In this document: piece by piece, positions 30,678 to 39,330 of the stretch
Position numbering within the stretch: position 1 is the stretch's first letter
Layout of the letters: every line of letters begins with the position of its first letter
Assembly (NCBI GenBank): GCA_948472945.1
Contig: CAOKVX010000009.1
Span: forward strand, 9,752 to 73,751
Origin: an uncultured Clostridia bacterium
Lineage (GTDB): Bacteria > Bacillota > Clostridia > Lachnospirales > Lachnospiraceae
DNA length: 64,000 nucleotides
Reading direction: 5' to 3'
The notes under the pieces: model-generated
Database searches by the model: none
What the model was told of the DNA's origin: nothing
What the model saw: only the letters and a program-made list of their open reading frames with translations
Program-made: the position numbers and the translations under genes

Positions 30678-31014
30678 CGTGAGAGATTTTATTATACTGC
30701 ATATAACATTATTTTTTTATTCGATCGGGTCAGTTTTTTCTAAGCTTGCATCAAATCAAAAGTTTTTATCTTTAAAATATATTTTTTCGTATGGCATGGT
30801 TTTAATTTTATTGTTCGGTTATGCACTGGTGTGGCAGCAGCTATTAAAAAAAATAGACCTTACCGTTGCATACATAAATAAAGCTATAGTCATTGTATGG
30901 GGAATATTGTGGGGAGTTTTATTTTTTGGTGAGAAAATTCGATGGAACATGGCGCTTGGTGCGTTTATTATAATTATGGGAATAGGGATGGTGGCCGGAG
31001 ACAATGAAAGTTAG
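30649..31014 (+). CDS. SMR/EamA-type small membrane protein (ArnE/F-like flippase subunit)
   Basis: 121 aa, 4 TM, WQQLLKKIDLTVAY, LFFGEKI. Confidence 0.75.
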   Translation: MPFMKKKNGDVRDFIILHITLFFYSIGSVFSKLASNQKFLSLKYIFSYGMVLILLFGYALVWQQLLKKIDLTVAYINKAIVIVWGILWGVLFFGEKIRWNMALGAFIIIMGIGMVAGDNES

Positions 31015-31351
31015 TCCTTTTTATATAGTTATTTTTTTGGTATCAGTGTTGATATCGTCAATCTCACAGATTGTCCTCAAATTATCTGCGAAAAAAGAGT
31101 ATGGCAGCAGGATTAAGGAATATCTTAACCCTATGGTAAGCGGAGCATATATATTGTTCCTTTCCGCTACTTTTATGACAACTATAGCATATAAGGGCGT
31201 TCCACTGTCATTCGGGCCAATGCTTGAAGCGACAGGTTACGTATATATTGCGTTGTTAGGGACGTTTGTATTAAAAGAGAAAATGACAGTTAAAAGATTA
31301 ATTGGCAATATAATGATTATAGCAGGTATTGTTATTTATGCAGCATTTTAG
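31004..31351 (+). CDS. SMR/EamA-type small membrane protein (second flippase subunit)
   Basis: 115 aa, 4 TM, SQIVLK, AYKGVPLS, FVLKEK. Confidence 0.75.
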   Translation: MKVSPFYIVIFLVSVLISSISQIVLKLSAKKEYGSRIKEYLNPMVSGAYILFLSATFMTTIAYKGVPLSFGPMLEATGYVYIALLGTFVLKEKMTVKRLIGNIMIIAGIVIYAAF

Positions 31352-31405
31352 AATATAGCGTTTTATTGGCTATAATTCTGTAGTTGAGGTGGGAAGGATA
31401 ATTAT

Positions 31406-33298
31406 ATGATTATTTTTAAAGAAAAAAAACGAAATATTATATCTGCGGTTTGCATAATCGTATTTTTTGTTTTGGCCCTATTGCTGTCGCAGAAGATAAT
31501 ATATGGAAAGTGGTTTATAACTAATTGGAGCAGGGAAAACCAAAGCAATATAATAAAAGACTATTCAGATTTGATGAGTTACGATATTCATCTGGAAAAT
31601 AAAATGATATCGATTGGTGAAAATAATGACGCGCAATTGTATTTTAAGGTGCCAAAAAATACCCGGTTTCTTCAGATAAACATTACTGAAATAAGTACTT
31701 ATAAGGAAAAGCTTTTAAAAATATTTTTGCCTTCCAACAAAGGATTTACAGAAGAAAAGTTTGTTTACAAGAGAATGAAAGAAGGCAATAATGTTTTCTG
31801 TTTTGATGAGAGTATATCAGGATTGGTTAGACTGGATTTTGAAGGTAAGGGACCGTACAGCTTTAGGTTGAATTTTATACAATATAACAGCGGAACACAG
31901 AGTGTAGCGGAATTTTGGGGTATGTTCATACTGACTTTATGCATTTGTTCGCTATGTTTTGCTGCGTATTTAAAGAGAGAGCGCATATTAAATTTGCTTT
32001 ATCGGTATAAAACTGAATTGTTTGTGCTGTCTATGTTTTTCTTCCTATATCTGGTATGGTCGTTGGTGATACCATTTAATAAATCACCGGATGAAAAGAT
32101 GAGATATGATGTTGCGCAGTATATTTTTCAATATAAAAAACTGCCGCGCGGTGACGACCCGGTACTCTGTATGAAAAACGGCTGGGGAATATCGTACGCA
32201 TTTAGTCCGTATCTGGCATACTTGATATCTGCAGTATTTATGCATTTTGCCTCAATTTTTGGTGTGACTGGTGTAGGTCTTATGTATGTTTCAAGACTTG
32301 TGAGTGTTTTTTCATCGGTAATTACATTAATTTTTTTGATGAAATTAAGCAGTGCGATGAAATTTAAAAACAAATATATCCTGCCGTGTCTTGTTGGGTT
32401 GCTGCCAGAGTTCACATTTATATCCAGCTATATAAATAATGATGCATTCGCAGTCATGTCTGTGTCTATTATTGTATATGCGTGGTATACAGGTATTATG
32501 TCAGAATGGGACAAAAAAAGCTGTATTTACTTAAGTGTCGGAATGTCGCTATGTATGGCATCCTACTATAACTGCTATGGGTATCTTCTGATAAGTTTTC
32601 TTCTATTCGTATTGTTTTATATTTATAAATTTATTAAAAGTAGAAATGTAAAATTAATTGGCAGTATGGTTAAAAAAGGTTTATTTATGGCGTTTTTTAC
32701 ATCAGTTGTTTCAGGATGGTGGTTTATCAGAAATTATATTATTTACAATGGAGATATATTAGGGAACTCATACAGTAGGAATTCAGCAATCAAATATGCT
32801 TTGCCTGAGTTAAATCCTCTTAATAAGACTTCATTATATGAACAGGGATTTTCTCTGAAACAAATGTTGTTTAACAAACATTGGATAGATACAAGTATAA
32901 AAAGCTTTATAGCGTGTTTCGATTATATGGGGATATGGTTAAAAGATAATATATATATGATAGTATTATTGTTTATTTTTATTGGATTAGTTCTAAAAAT
33001 TATAAGCATGTTTAGGAAAGAGTATCATGCCGGAAAGCTTGCTTTTGATACAAGTCTATTTGCTGCGGCTGTAATTGTAGTAATACTATCGGTAATATAT
33101 TCGTATATGTCAGACTTCCAGCCTCAGGGAAGATATTTGCTGCCTGCGGCAATTCCACTGATGATATATATTTCGGAGGGATATCTGACTTTTGCAGGTA
33201 AATATAAGGCAGTTCAGGGAGCTATTATTTTATCAGCGATAGTTCTTAACTTGTATTGCTGTGTATGCGTCATAATTCCATATTATATGTGGAATTAA
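31406..33298 (+). CDS. Multi-TM GT-C fold glycosyltransferase (DUF2142/ArnT-like)
   Basis: PFNKSPDE acidic loop, SYINNDAF, WWFIRN, QPQGRYLLP; many TM helices. Confidence 0.75.
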   Translation: MIIFKEKKRNIISAVCIIVFFVLALLLSQKIIYGKWFITNWSRENQSNIIKDYSDLMSYDIHLENKMISIGENNDAQLYFKVPKNTRFLQINITEISTYKEKLLKIFLPSNKGFTEEKFVYKRMKEGNNVFCFDESISGLVRLDFEGKGPYSFRLNFIQYNSGTQSVAEFWGMFILTLCICSLCFAAYLKRERILNLLYRYKTELFVLSMFFFLYLVWSLVIPFNKSPDEKMRYDVAQYIFQYKKLPRGDDPVLCMKNGWGISYAFSPYLAYLISAVFMHFASIFGVTGVGLMYVSRLVSVFSSVITLIFLMKLSSAMKFKNKYILPCLVGLLPEFTFISSYINNDAFAVMSVSIIVYAWYTGIMSEWDKKSCIYLSVGMSLCMASYYNCYGYLLISFLLFVLFYIYKFIKSRNVKLIGSMVKKGLFMAFFTSVVSGWWFIRNYIIYNGDILGNSYSRNSAIKYALPELNPLNKTSLYEQGFSLKQMLFNKHWIDTSIKSFIACFDYMGIWLKDNIYMIVLLFIFIGLVLKIISMFRKEYHAGKLAFDTSLFAAAVIVVILSVIYSYMSDFQPQGRYLLPAAIPLMIYISEGYLTFAGKYKAVQGAIILSAIVLNLYCCVCVIIPYYMWN

Positions 33299-33320
33299 AA
33301 ATAAAAGTATAAATTATAGG

Positions 33321-34460
33321 GTGGGAAATATGATTAATTTTAATGTGCCTCCGGTTACAGGTGATGAACTCAAAAATATTGAGAAAGCAATTGAGAACAA
33401 AAAAATCTGTGGAGATGGAGAATTTACAAAAAAGTGTAATGAATGGCTTGAGAAGAATACAAAGACGGCAAAGGCTCTTCTCACTACTTCGTGTACTCAC
33501 GCTACGGAAATGTCAGCTATGCTGCTTGATATTAAAGAGGGTGATGAGGTTATAATGCCGTCCTACACTTTTGTTTCGACTGCTGACGCTTTTGTCCTGC
33601 GCGGGGCTACGGCTGTTTTTGTGGATATTAATCCAAAAACAATGAATATTGACGAGAATTTGGTAGAAAATGCGATAACCGATAAGACAAAAGTTATTGT
33701 GCCGGTTCATTATGCGGGTGTTTCGTGTGAGATGGACATGATAATGGATATTGCCGGCAGGCATGGTCTGTCAGTTGTTGAGGACGCCGCTCAGGGAATA
33801 ATGAGTACATATAAAGGCCGTGCGCTCGGAACGATAGGGGATTTCGGATGCTATAGTTTCCATGAAACGAAAAATTACAGCATGGGAGAAGGAGGTGCTT
33901 TATTAATAAGGGATGAGAAAAATGTGGAGCCTGCGGAGATAATACGTGAAAAAGGTACAAACAGAAGTAAATTTTTCAGAGGGCAGGTTGATAAATATAC
34001 ATGGGTTCAGGCCGGATCGTCTTATCTGCCAAGCGAGCTCAACGCCGCTTATCTGTGGGCACAGCTTGAGAAAGCCGATGAAATTAATGCTGACAGGCTT
34101 GAAAACTGGAACAATTATTATGACGGGCTAAAAAATCTTAAAGATAAAGGCATTATAGAGCTGCCGTACATTCCTGAGTATTGCGAGCATAATGCGCATA
34201 TGTTTTATATTAAGACCGGGAACTGTGACGAGAGGGAAAGCCTTATTGATTATCTTAAAAAAAGCGGAATTTTAGCGGTGTTCCACTATATACCTCTTCA
34301 TTCCGCACCGGCGGGAGTCAGGCATGGGAGATTTTCAGGCGAGGACAGATATACTACTGCAGAAAGCGAGCGGCTGTTGAGGCTTCCTATGTATTATGGG
34401 CTGAGAAAAGAAGAGACGGATTACGTAATCGAAAAAATTATTTCATTTTATAATAAGTAA
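33321..34460 (+). CDS. wecE: dTDP-4-amino-4,6-dideoxygalactose transaminase
   Basis: GDGEFTKKC, TTSCTHA, VEDAAQG, SFHETKNYSMGEGG, EKGTNRSKFFRGQVDKYTW, VFHYIPLH. Confidence 0.92.
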   Translation: MGNMINFNVPPVTGDELKNIEKAIENKKICGDGEFTKKCNEWLEKNTKTAKALLTTSCTHATEMSAMLLDIKEGDEVIMPSYTFVSTADAFVLRGATAVFVDINPKTMNIDENLVENAITDKTKVIVPVHYAGVSCEMDMIMDIAGRHGLSVVEDAAQGIMSTYKGRALGTIGDFGCYSFHETKNYSMGEGGALLIRDEKNVEPAEIIREKGTNRSKFFRGQVDKYTWVQAGSSYLPSELNAAYLWAQLEKADEINADRLENWNNYYDGLKNLKDKGIIELPYIPEYCEHNAHMFYIKTGNCDERESLIDYLKKSGILAVFHYIPLHSAPAGVRHGRFSGEDRYTTAESERLLRLPMYYGLRKEETDYVIEKIISFYNK

Positions 34461-34463
34461 GAC

Positions 34464-34492
34464 AAAAAGGGTGTTGACAACACCCCTTTTTT
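34464..34492 (+). terminator. Rho-independent terminator of the polysaccharide operon
   Basis: GGGTGTT-GAC-AACACCC hairpin flanked by A5 and T6. Confidence 0.75.
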
Positions 34493-34502
34493 GTGATACA
34501 TT
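34474..34502 (+). promoter_or_regulatory. SigA-type promoter of the tad operon, with its -35 inside the terminator hairpin
   Basis: TTGACA (34474-79)-17 bp-TACATT (34497-502), extended TG at 34494-95. Confidence 0.65.
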
Positions 34503-34517
34503 AAACCTAGCTCATGA

Positions 34518-34528
34518 GTGTAATACAT
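34518..34528 (+). repeat. 11-bp direct repeat GTGTAATACAT, left copy (near-copy at 34543-34553)
   Basis: Identical copy at 42704-42714 on the other side of the tad locus. Confidence 0.6.
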
Positions 34529-34551
34529 ATGAAAGGAGTGATGTGTAATAT

Positions 34552-35676
34552 ATGGATGATAATGGGCTTGAGGTCATGATGGACGAGCTCCTCAATTATT
34601 TCATTCATGTAGAGAGACAAACTTTGTCAATGGTGCAGCGGGGACTGAAAGATAAGGAAGAGTTGGAGTATGCTGCGGATTCCTATCTAAGAACAAGGGG
34701 AGTGCCAAAGGAACAGCGTCTGCAGCTTGTAGAGCATTTTAGTAAGTTTATATGGGGATATTACATTTTAGAAGAGGCAATCAATGACAGGGATATATCG
34801 GATATAAAAGTTCTTTCGGAAGACAACATACGCATTAAGCGAAGAGGCAAGAGAATGAACACCGATATAAGATTCCCAAGCAAGTCCGATTACAAAAGGT
34901 TTATTTCTATGGTTGCAGTCAAGAACAAGACTAATTTGTCAGATGTCAATGCAATTCAAAGCTTTACTGACAAGGACAGCAACAGAGATTTTATTTTGAG
35001 ATTTAACATTGCTACAGATTTCGTGAATTCGGCAGACGTGCCGTATCTGCATATCAGAAAGATTCCAAAACAAAAATATACAATTGAAGACCTCATTAAT
35101 TTAAAAATGCTTACGAGGGAGAGTGCGGATTATCTTGTGAACAGAGCAGTTTCTTCGAGCGGTATACTGTTTACCGGGAAAGGCGCAAGCGGAAAGACAA
35201 CGCTTATGAATGTGCTTTTAGACTACATTCCTCACGATATGAGCGGGCTGGTAATTCAGGAAAATGAAGAACTGTTCAGCAATTCGCACCCCGATATGAT
35301 GTTTCAGCATATAGTTATACCGCGCTCCGAGGGCAAGATTCAGTATGACTTAAAGGACCTTGGGCGTAATGGTCTCCTCACCGACCTCGACTATTTTATA
35401 ATAGGGGAGATAAAAGGCGGGGAGGCGCTGTATCTGCTAAATGCCTCGTATACCGGACACAGGTGCTGGGCCTCGGTACACGGCGTGGACAGCACGCAGG
35501 CTATTGATAAGCTTGTCGATTATGTGAGATATGAGAGTGATTATTCTCCGTCCGACATTAAGAGGATGCTAGTTAGCTTGAAGACAATTGTGTACCTTAA
35601 AGATTTCAGTGTGAAAGAGATATCGGAGATAAAAGGGATAGAAGATGGGGAGTTGGTTTATGAGAGGATTTTCTAA
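34552..35676 (+). CDS. tadA: CpaF/TadA pilus assembly ATPase
   Basis: Walker A GKGASGKTT, Walker B DYFIIGE, His box GHRCWASVH. Confidence 0.88.
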   Translation: MDDNGLEVMMDELLNYFIHVERQTLSMVQRGLKDKEELEYAADSYLRTRGVPKEQRLQLVEHFSKFIWGYYILEEAINDRDISDIKVLSEDNIRIKRRGKRMNTDIRFPSKSDYKRFISMVAVKNKTNLSDVNAIQSFTDKDSNRDFILRFNIATDFVNSADVPYLHIRKIPKQKYTIEDLINLKMLTRESADYLVNRAVSSSGILFTGKGASGKTTLMNVLLDYIPHDMSGLVIQENEELFSNSHPDMMFQHIVIPRSEGKIQYDLKDLGRNGLLTDLDYFIIGEIKGGEALYLLNASYTGHRCWASVHGVDSTQAIDKLVDYVRYESDYSPSDIKRMLVSLKTIVYLKDFSVKEISEIKGIEDGELVYERIF

Positions 35677-36550
35677 AAATTTTGCCAAAACTGACGCATA
35701 TGAAAAGCTGAGGCAAAGATATGAAAAGCGCTTAAAGGAGGAACGACGCAGACAGATTGAGGAGGGTAACACGCTTAAAAAGCCGATTATGTACCGGCTT
35801 GACAGAGTGCTTGAGTACAGCGGAATAAGGAGGCATTTTCCGTTCGTCAACGCCGAGGTTTTTATAACCCTTTATATTTCGGCGCTTGCGATAATATTTA
35901 TGTTAGGCGCAGTTATTTTTAAGAGTTCTATTGCCGGAATAATCGTTGATGTCCTGCTGTGCGTTTGCGTCTGGTGTGTCTTGTATATATTAAGTGGAAA
36001 TTACTATAAGAAGCTTGAGGATAATATAATGACGCTACTGAATCTTATTGAGAATTTCAGCAAAACAGAGGATGACATTGTCCAAATTTTCAGAAAGACC
36101 ATTCCGTATGTCGGCGAGCCTGTGAGAAACATTCTGACGGAGTTTTGCAGCGATGCTGAGACATGCGGCGATGTCAACCGGGCGTTTGACAATCTTAATT
36201 CGAGGATTGAACACAGAAAGTGCAGGGAACTAATACATAATATACGAGTATGTTCAAGATACGAATCTAACTACGATATGCTTGTCAGGGACTGCCGTGC
36301 GAGCATGATGGATTTTCTTGAGATAAAGGCGGAGCGAAAAGCGATTATTAATAATGGCAGAGCGGAGATTATAATACTTCTTTTGAGCGCAGCGCTAATC
36401 GTATACCTCTTCTCAAACATTATAAGCGGAGGCCTTGCAGGATTGCTTTTTGGGAGTGCGGTCGGACGCATAATTGTTTTGTACTGTCTTGCAGTTATCG
36501 TTGTAAGTGTGATAATGATGCTCACATATGATAAGAGGGGCGGTGAATAA
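35645..36550 (+). CDS. TadB-like pilus assembly membrane protein
   Basis: TM pair, T2SSF-like helical domain, C-terminal TM helices; follows tadA. Confidence 0.7.
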   Translation: MGSWFMRGFSKNFAKTDAYEKLRQRYEKRLKEERRRQIEEGNTLKKPIMYRLDRVLEYSGIRRHFPFVNAEVFITLYISALAIIFMLGAVIFKSSIAGIIVDVLLCVCVWCVLYILSGNYYKKLEDNIMTLLNLIENFSKTEDDIVQIFRKTIPYVGEPVRNILTEFCSDAETCGDVNRAFDNLNSRIEHRKCRELIHNIRVCSRYESNYDMLVRDCRASMMDFLEIKAERKAIINNGRAEIIILLLSAALIVYLFSNIISGGLAGLLFGSAVGRIIVLYCLAVIVVSVIMMLTYDKRGGE

Positions 36551-37243
36551 ATGGGATATGGATATATAAGAGACAGGATAAGTTTTTTGGATAAAAAGCT
36601 TACTGAATACGGTGTAAGGTTCATGTTTCCAAACGTCACACCCGCGAGATATATAGCCGTCAAAGCTTTCTTTGCTGTAATTATATGTTGTATATATACA
36701 GTCGCCGGTCTGCCTGCTTTGCCCGCGGTTCCGTGTGCCGTACTGGGATATTTACTGCCAGACATACTTATACGTATTTCAAATAATTCTGACAATGACT
36801 CCATGATGTCTGACATTGAAAGTATATATGACGTCATGAGAATTCAGGCGAGGGCAGGGGTATTTTTAAAGGACTCGCTGATGGACTGTTATATTAACAC
36901 GGCTAACAAGAGGCTTAAAGCCGCGCTGCTTGAGCTCTGTAACCAGATGTGTACTAATATGACGGTTCAGGAGGCCGTTGATAATTTTTCTGCAAAATTT
37001 AGCAACAGGCATATAGATGTTTTATGTATAGTGCTGTCGCAGTCGCAGAGCAGCGGCAAAACTGTTCAGATTTTATCTGACATGAGCGGACAAATTAACC
37101 AGTTAAGGCATTCTAGGGCCAAATGTGACGAGGGAAAGTTAGAGCGTAAAATTGAACTGATTCAGCTTTTAATATTTGTCGGTATTCTTGCAATAGGAGT
37201 GTACGCAATGGGCAGCGAGATTATGGGAATGACACAGTTCTGA
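36551..37243 (+). CDS. TadC-like pilus assembly membrane protein
   Basis: GYLLPDILI, T2SSF-like domain (AVDNFSAKF, QSQSSG), C-terminal TM. Confidence 0.72.
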   Translation: MGYGYIRDRISFLDKKLTEYGVRFMFPNVTPARYIAVKAFFAVIICCIYTVAGLPALPAVPCAVLGYLLPDILIRISNNSDNDSMMSDIESIYDVMRIQARAGVFLKDSLMDCYINTANKRLKAALLELCNQMCTNMTVQEAVDNFSAKFSNRHIDVLCIVLSQSQSSGKTVQILSDMSGQINQLRHSRAKCDEGKLERKIELIQLLIFVGILAIGVYAMGSEIMGMTQF

Positions 37244-37375
37244 GTGGTTTTAACAAATTAATTAGGCTAAGTAGATTAGAGTAAAACCGGCGGTATAAAG
37301 CAAAAAAATCGGTGGTTAAATATCGGTAAAAAATTAAATCGACTAATAAAAGAAAGGATAAACATGTGAAAGGTT

Positions 37376-37615
37376 ATGAAAAAAATTAAAATAATTTATA
37401 TGAATATAATAGAAAAAATGAAAGGCTGTAAAATGAAATATACAGATGGCTTGTACAGGAAAAAGTGCGGCGGGAAAGAAGTGATAATGGAGTTTGCGCT
37501 AGGGGCTATAGCTGTCGTAATAGCTATAGTTTTCAGAGACCAGCTTCAGGCAGTCGTGTCGACTATAGGAAGTACGTTTAATGAGAAAATACAGAGTCTG
37601 TTCGGCTCATTTTAA
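37376..37615 (+). CDS. Flp-like major pilin (true start may be 37433)
   Basis: Basic leader, GG, then MEFALGAIAVVIAIVFRDQL hydrophobic helix; ~60-80 aa; located after tadC. Confidence 0.7.
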   Translation: MKKIKIIYMNIIEKMKGCKMKYTDGLYRKKCGGKEVIMEFALGAIAVVIAIVFRDQLQAVVSTIGSTFNEKIQSLFGSF

Positions 37616-37626
37616 GGTATGGAATA

Positions 37627-38037
37627 ATGAATTTTGAAAAAAAGTACGGGAGTATGATGAAACTGCTCCCGGTACTGTTGGCGATGGCTGCAATGGCAGC
37701 AGTAACGGCATTATACGTCACTTACATGTCAGATTACGATAAACGGGAGTATGCTGACCAGATAGCTCGTGAATATATACTTAAAATGGAGACTCAGGGT
37801 TATCTTTCTGAGGCGATGAAAAACAATCTTATTTCGGACCTTAGTGACGCGGGATTTGACAGTATTAATCTCCAGGGAACGACAATGACAAAGGCTGAAT
37901 ACGGTGACGAGATTGTGCTTATGATAAACGCACATTTAGAGACCGAAGATTATGTGTTTGAAAATCTTCTATGCAAGAGAACTGACAGGAAGATAAGACA
38001 GATAAAAATAGCAAAAAAATCAACGTCAAAATGTTAG
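37627..38037 (+). CDS. TadE-like minor pilin
   Basis: KKYG leader, hydrophobic helix, AREYILKMETQGYLS, AEYGDEIVL. Confidence 0.6.
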   Translation: MNFEKKYGSMMKLLPVLLAMAAMAAVTALYVTYMSDYDKREYADQIAREYILKMETQGYLSEAMKNNLISDLSDAGFDSINLQGTTMTKAEYGDEIVLMINAHLETEDYVFENLLCKRTDRKIRQIKIAKKSTSKC

Positions 38038-38113
38038 CAACAAGAAAATCAATAACACAGTACACCGGAGTAGTCATAATAAATCAATTATACAAGAAAT
38101 ATGCTATAAACCG

Positions 38114-38704
38114 GTGGGGGAGGTTTGTATGAAAAGCAAAAAGGGCTCTATTGAGTATGTTGGCGCTCTGATGTTGGTATGCTTTGCCGGATTAATCATG
38201 TTCTATCTGATAAGCGTAAAACAGGTTAAGCTGTATCAGATTAAGATTAAGGACAGTGTCGACACTTCGGCCCTGTCAGCCGCAATAATTGATACGGATA
38301 GGCTTATTGGGGACGGGAGTGTGGTAATTGAGAATCCCGTCCGCTCAAGGGATATATTTGAGCGGACTTTAAGGTACAGCTTGAATCTTGACGATAATTT
38401 ATCACCAAGGGGGAGCGGACAGTTTGGGCAGATAAAAATACATGATTTTATAGTATATAGTTTGACGGACGGCTCACGCATCGTAAGGTATGATATCGGA
38501 GAAGACGGGGGATTAACAGAGACTTCGTATGATTATAATGAGAATCCCAGAACGCCTGACGGAAAGATTATAGAGGGCGCGACAATATATGTCGACATAG
38601 GAATGAATGTGACGGGTTTTTTAGGTGTGACAAGATATGAGCATGTAAGGACGAGTGTAGATGTAATAAAGGATTCTGAAGTGCGAAAGGATGATGATAT
38701 ATGA
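38114..38704 (+). CDS. TadG-like pseudopilin (true start probably 38129)
   Basis: MKSKKG leader, hydrophobic helix, IKDSVDTSALSAA. Confidence 0.6.
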   Translation: MGEVCMKSKKGSIEYVGALMLVCFAGLIMFYLISVKQVKLYQIKIKDSVDTSALSAAIIDTDRLIGDGSVVIENPVRSRDIFERTLRYSLNLDDNLSPRGSGQFGQIKIHDFIVYSLTDGSRIVRYDIGEDGGLTETSYDYNENPRTPDGKIIEGATIYVDIGMNVTGFLGVTRYEHVRTSVDVIKDSEVRKDDDI

Positions 38705-39330
38705 AAAAATTAATGGATTATAAGGTTGGAATGATTGCCATTCTGTGTATGGCGGCCGCCGCGGTAATAATATTGTTAACAACTGCGGGCGCAGCCGGAG
38801 GGCATGTCGTTGCCGCGGCTAAGGATATTAAAAAAGGAACTGTAATAAGCGAGAGCAATGTAGATGAGCTGTTTGACTTAAATGGAGAGGCAGGGACTGA
38901 TGGCATCGACTATATTACCGGCACGGATAAACTTGCCGGAATGATAGTAACGGAAGATATACCGTGCGGCGCTTCAGTAAATATGGGTATGGTTATGAGT
39001 GAGTACGGGCCAATCAGCAATATTAAAAACCCGGTTGTAATGGGAATACATGCGGGTGAGGCATCTCAGTTTGTATCGGGAATAATAAGGCGCGGCGACA
39101 CGATTAACATATCGATAGTCGACAGTGTTACGGATGAGTGTGAAAGCGTGCTTGAAGACGTATACGTTTGCGGCGCCTACAATGACGACGGAAGTTCAAT
39201 TGAGGGCGGCGAAGGCAGCGCAAAGTCTCTCAACATATTGGTGGAGAGGGAGGATGAGACAAGAATCAATACACTTTTACATAGGGGAACCATAAGAATA
39301 AGCAAGACGGGAAGTGGTTTAAATGATTAA
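38701..39330 (+). CDS. CpaB/RcpC-like SAF-domain protein
   Basis: N-terminal TM, VVAAAKDIKKGTVIS SAF motif, SGIIRRGDTINI. Confidence 0.65.
   Translation: MKKLMDYKVGMIAILCMAAAAVIILLTTAGAAGGHVVAAAKDIKKGTVISESNVDELFDLNGEAGTDGIDYITGTDKLAGMIVTEDIPCGASVNMGMVMSEYGPISNIKNPVVMGIHAGEASQFVSGIIRRGDTINISIVDSVTDECESVLEDVYVCGAYNDDGSSIEGGEGSAKSLNILVEREDETRINTLLHRGTIRISKTGSGLND

Noticed and set aside
30661-31429. A8 tracts at the starts of the SMR and GT-C genes as phase-variation switches
   Set aside because: A8 runs are common in AT-rich Lys codons, both genes are in frame, and there is no evidence of variation.
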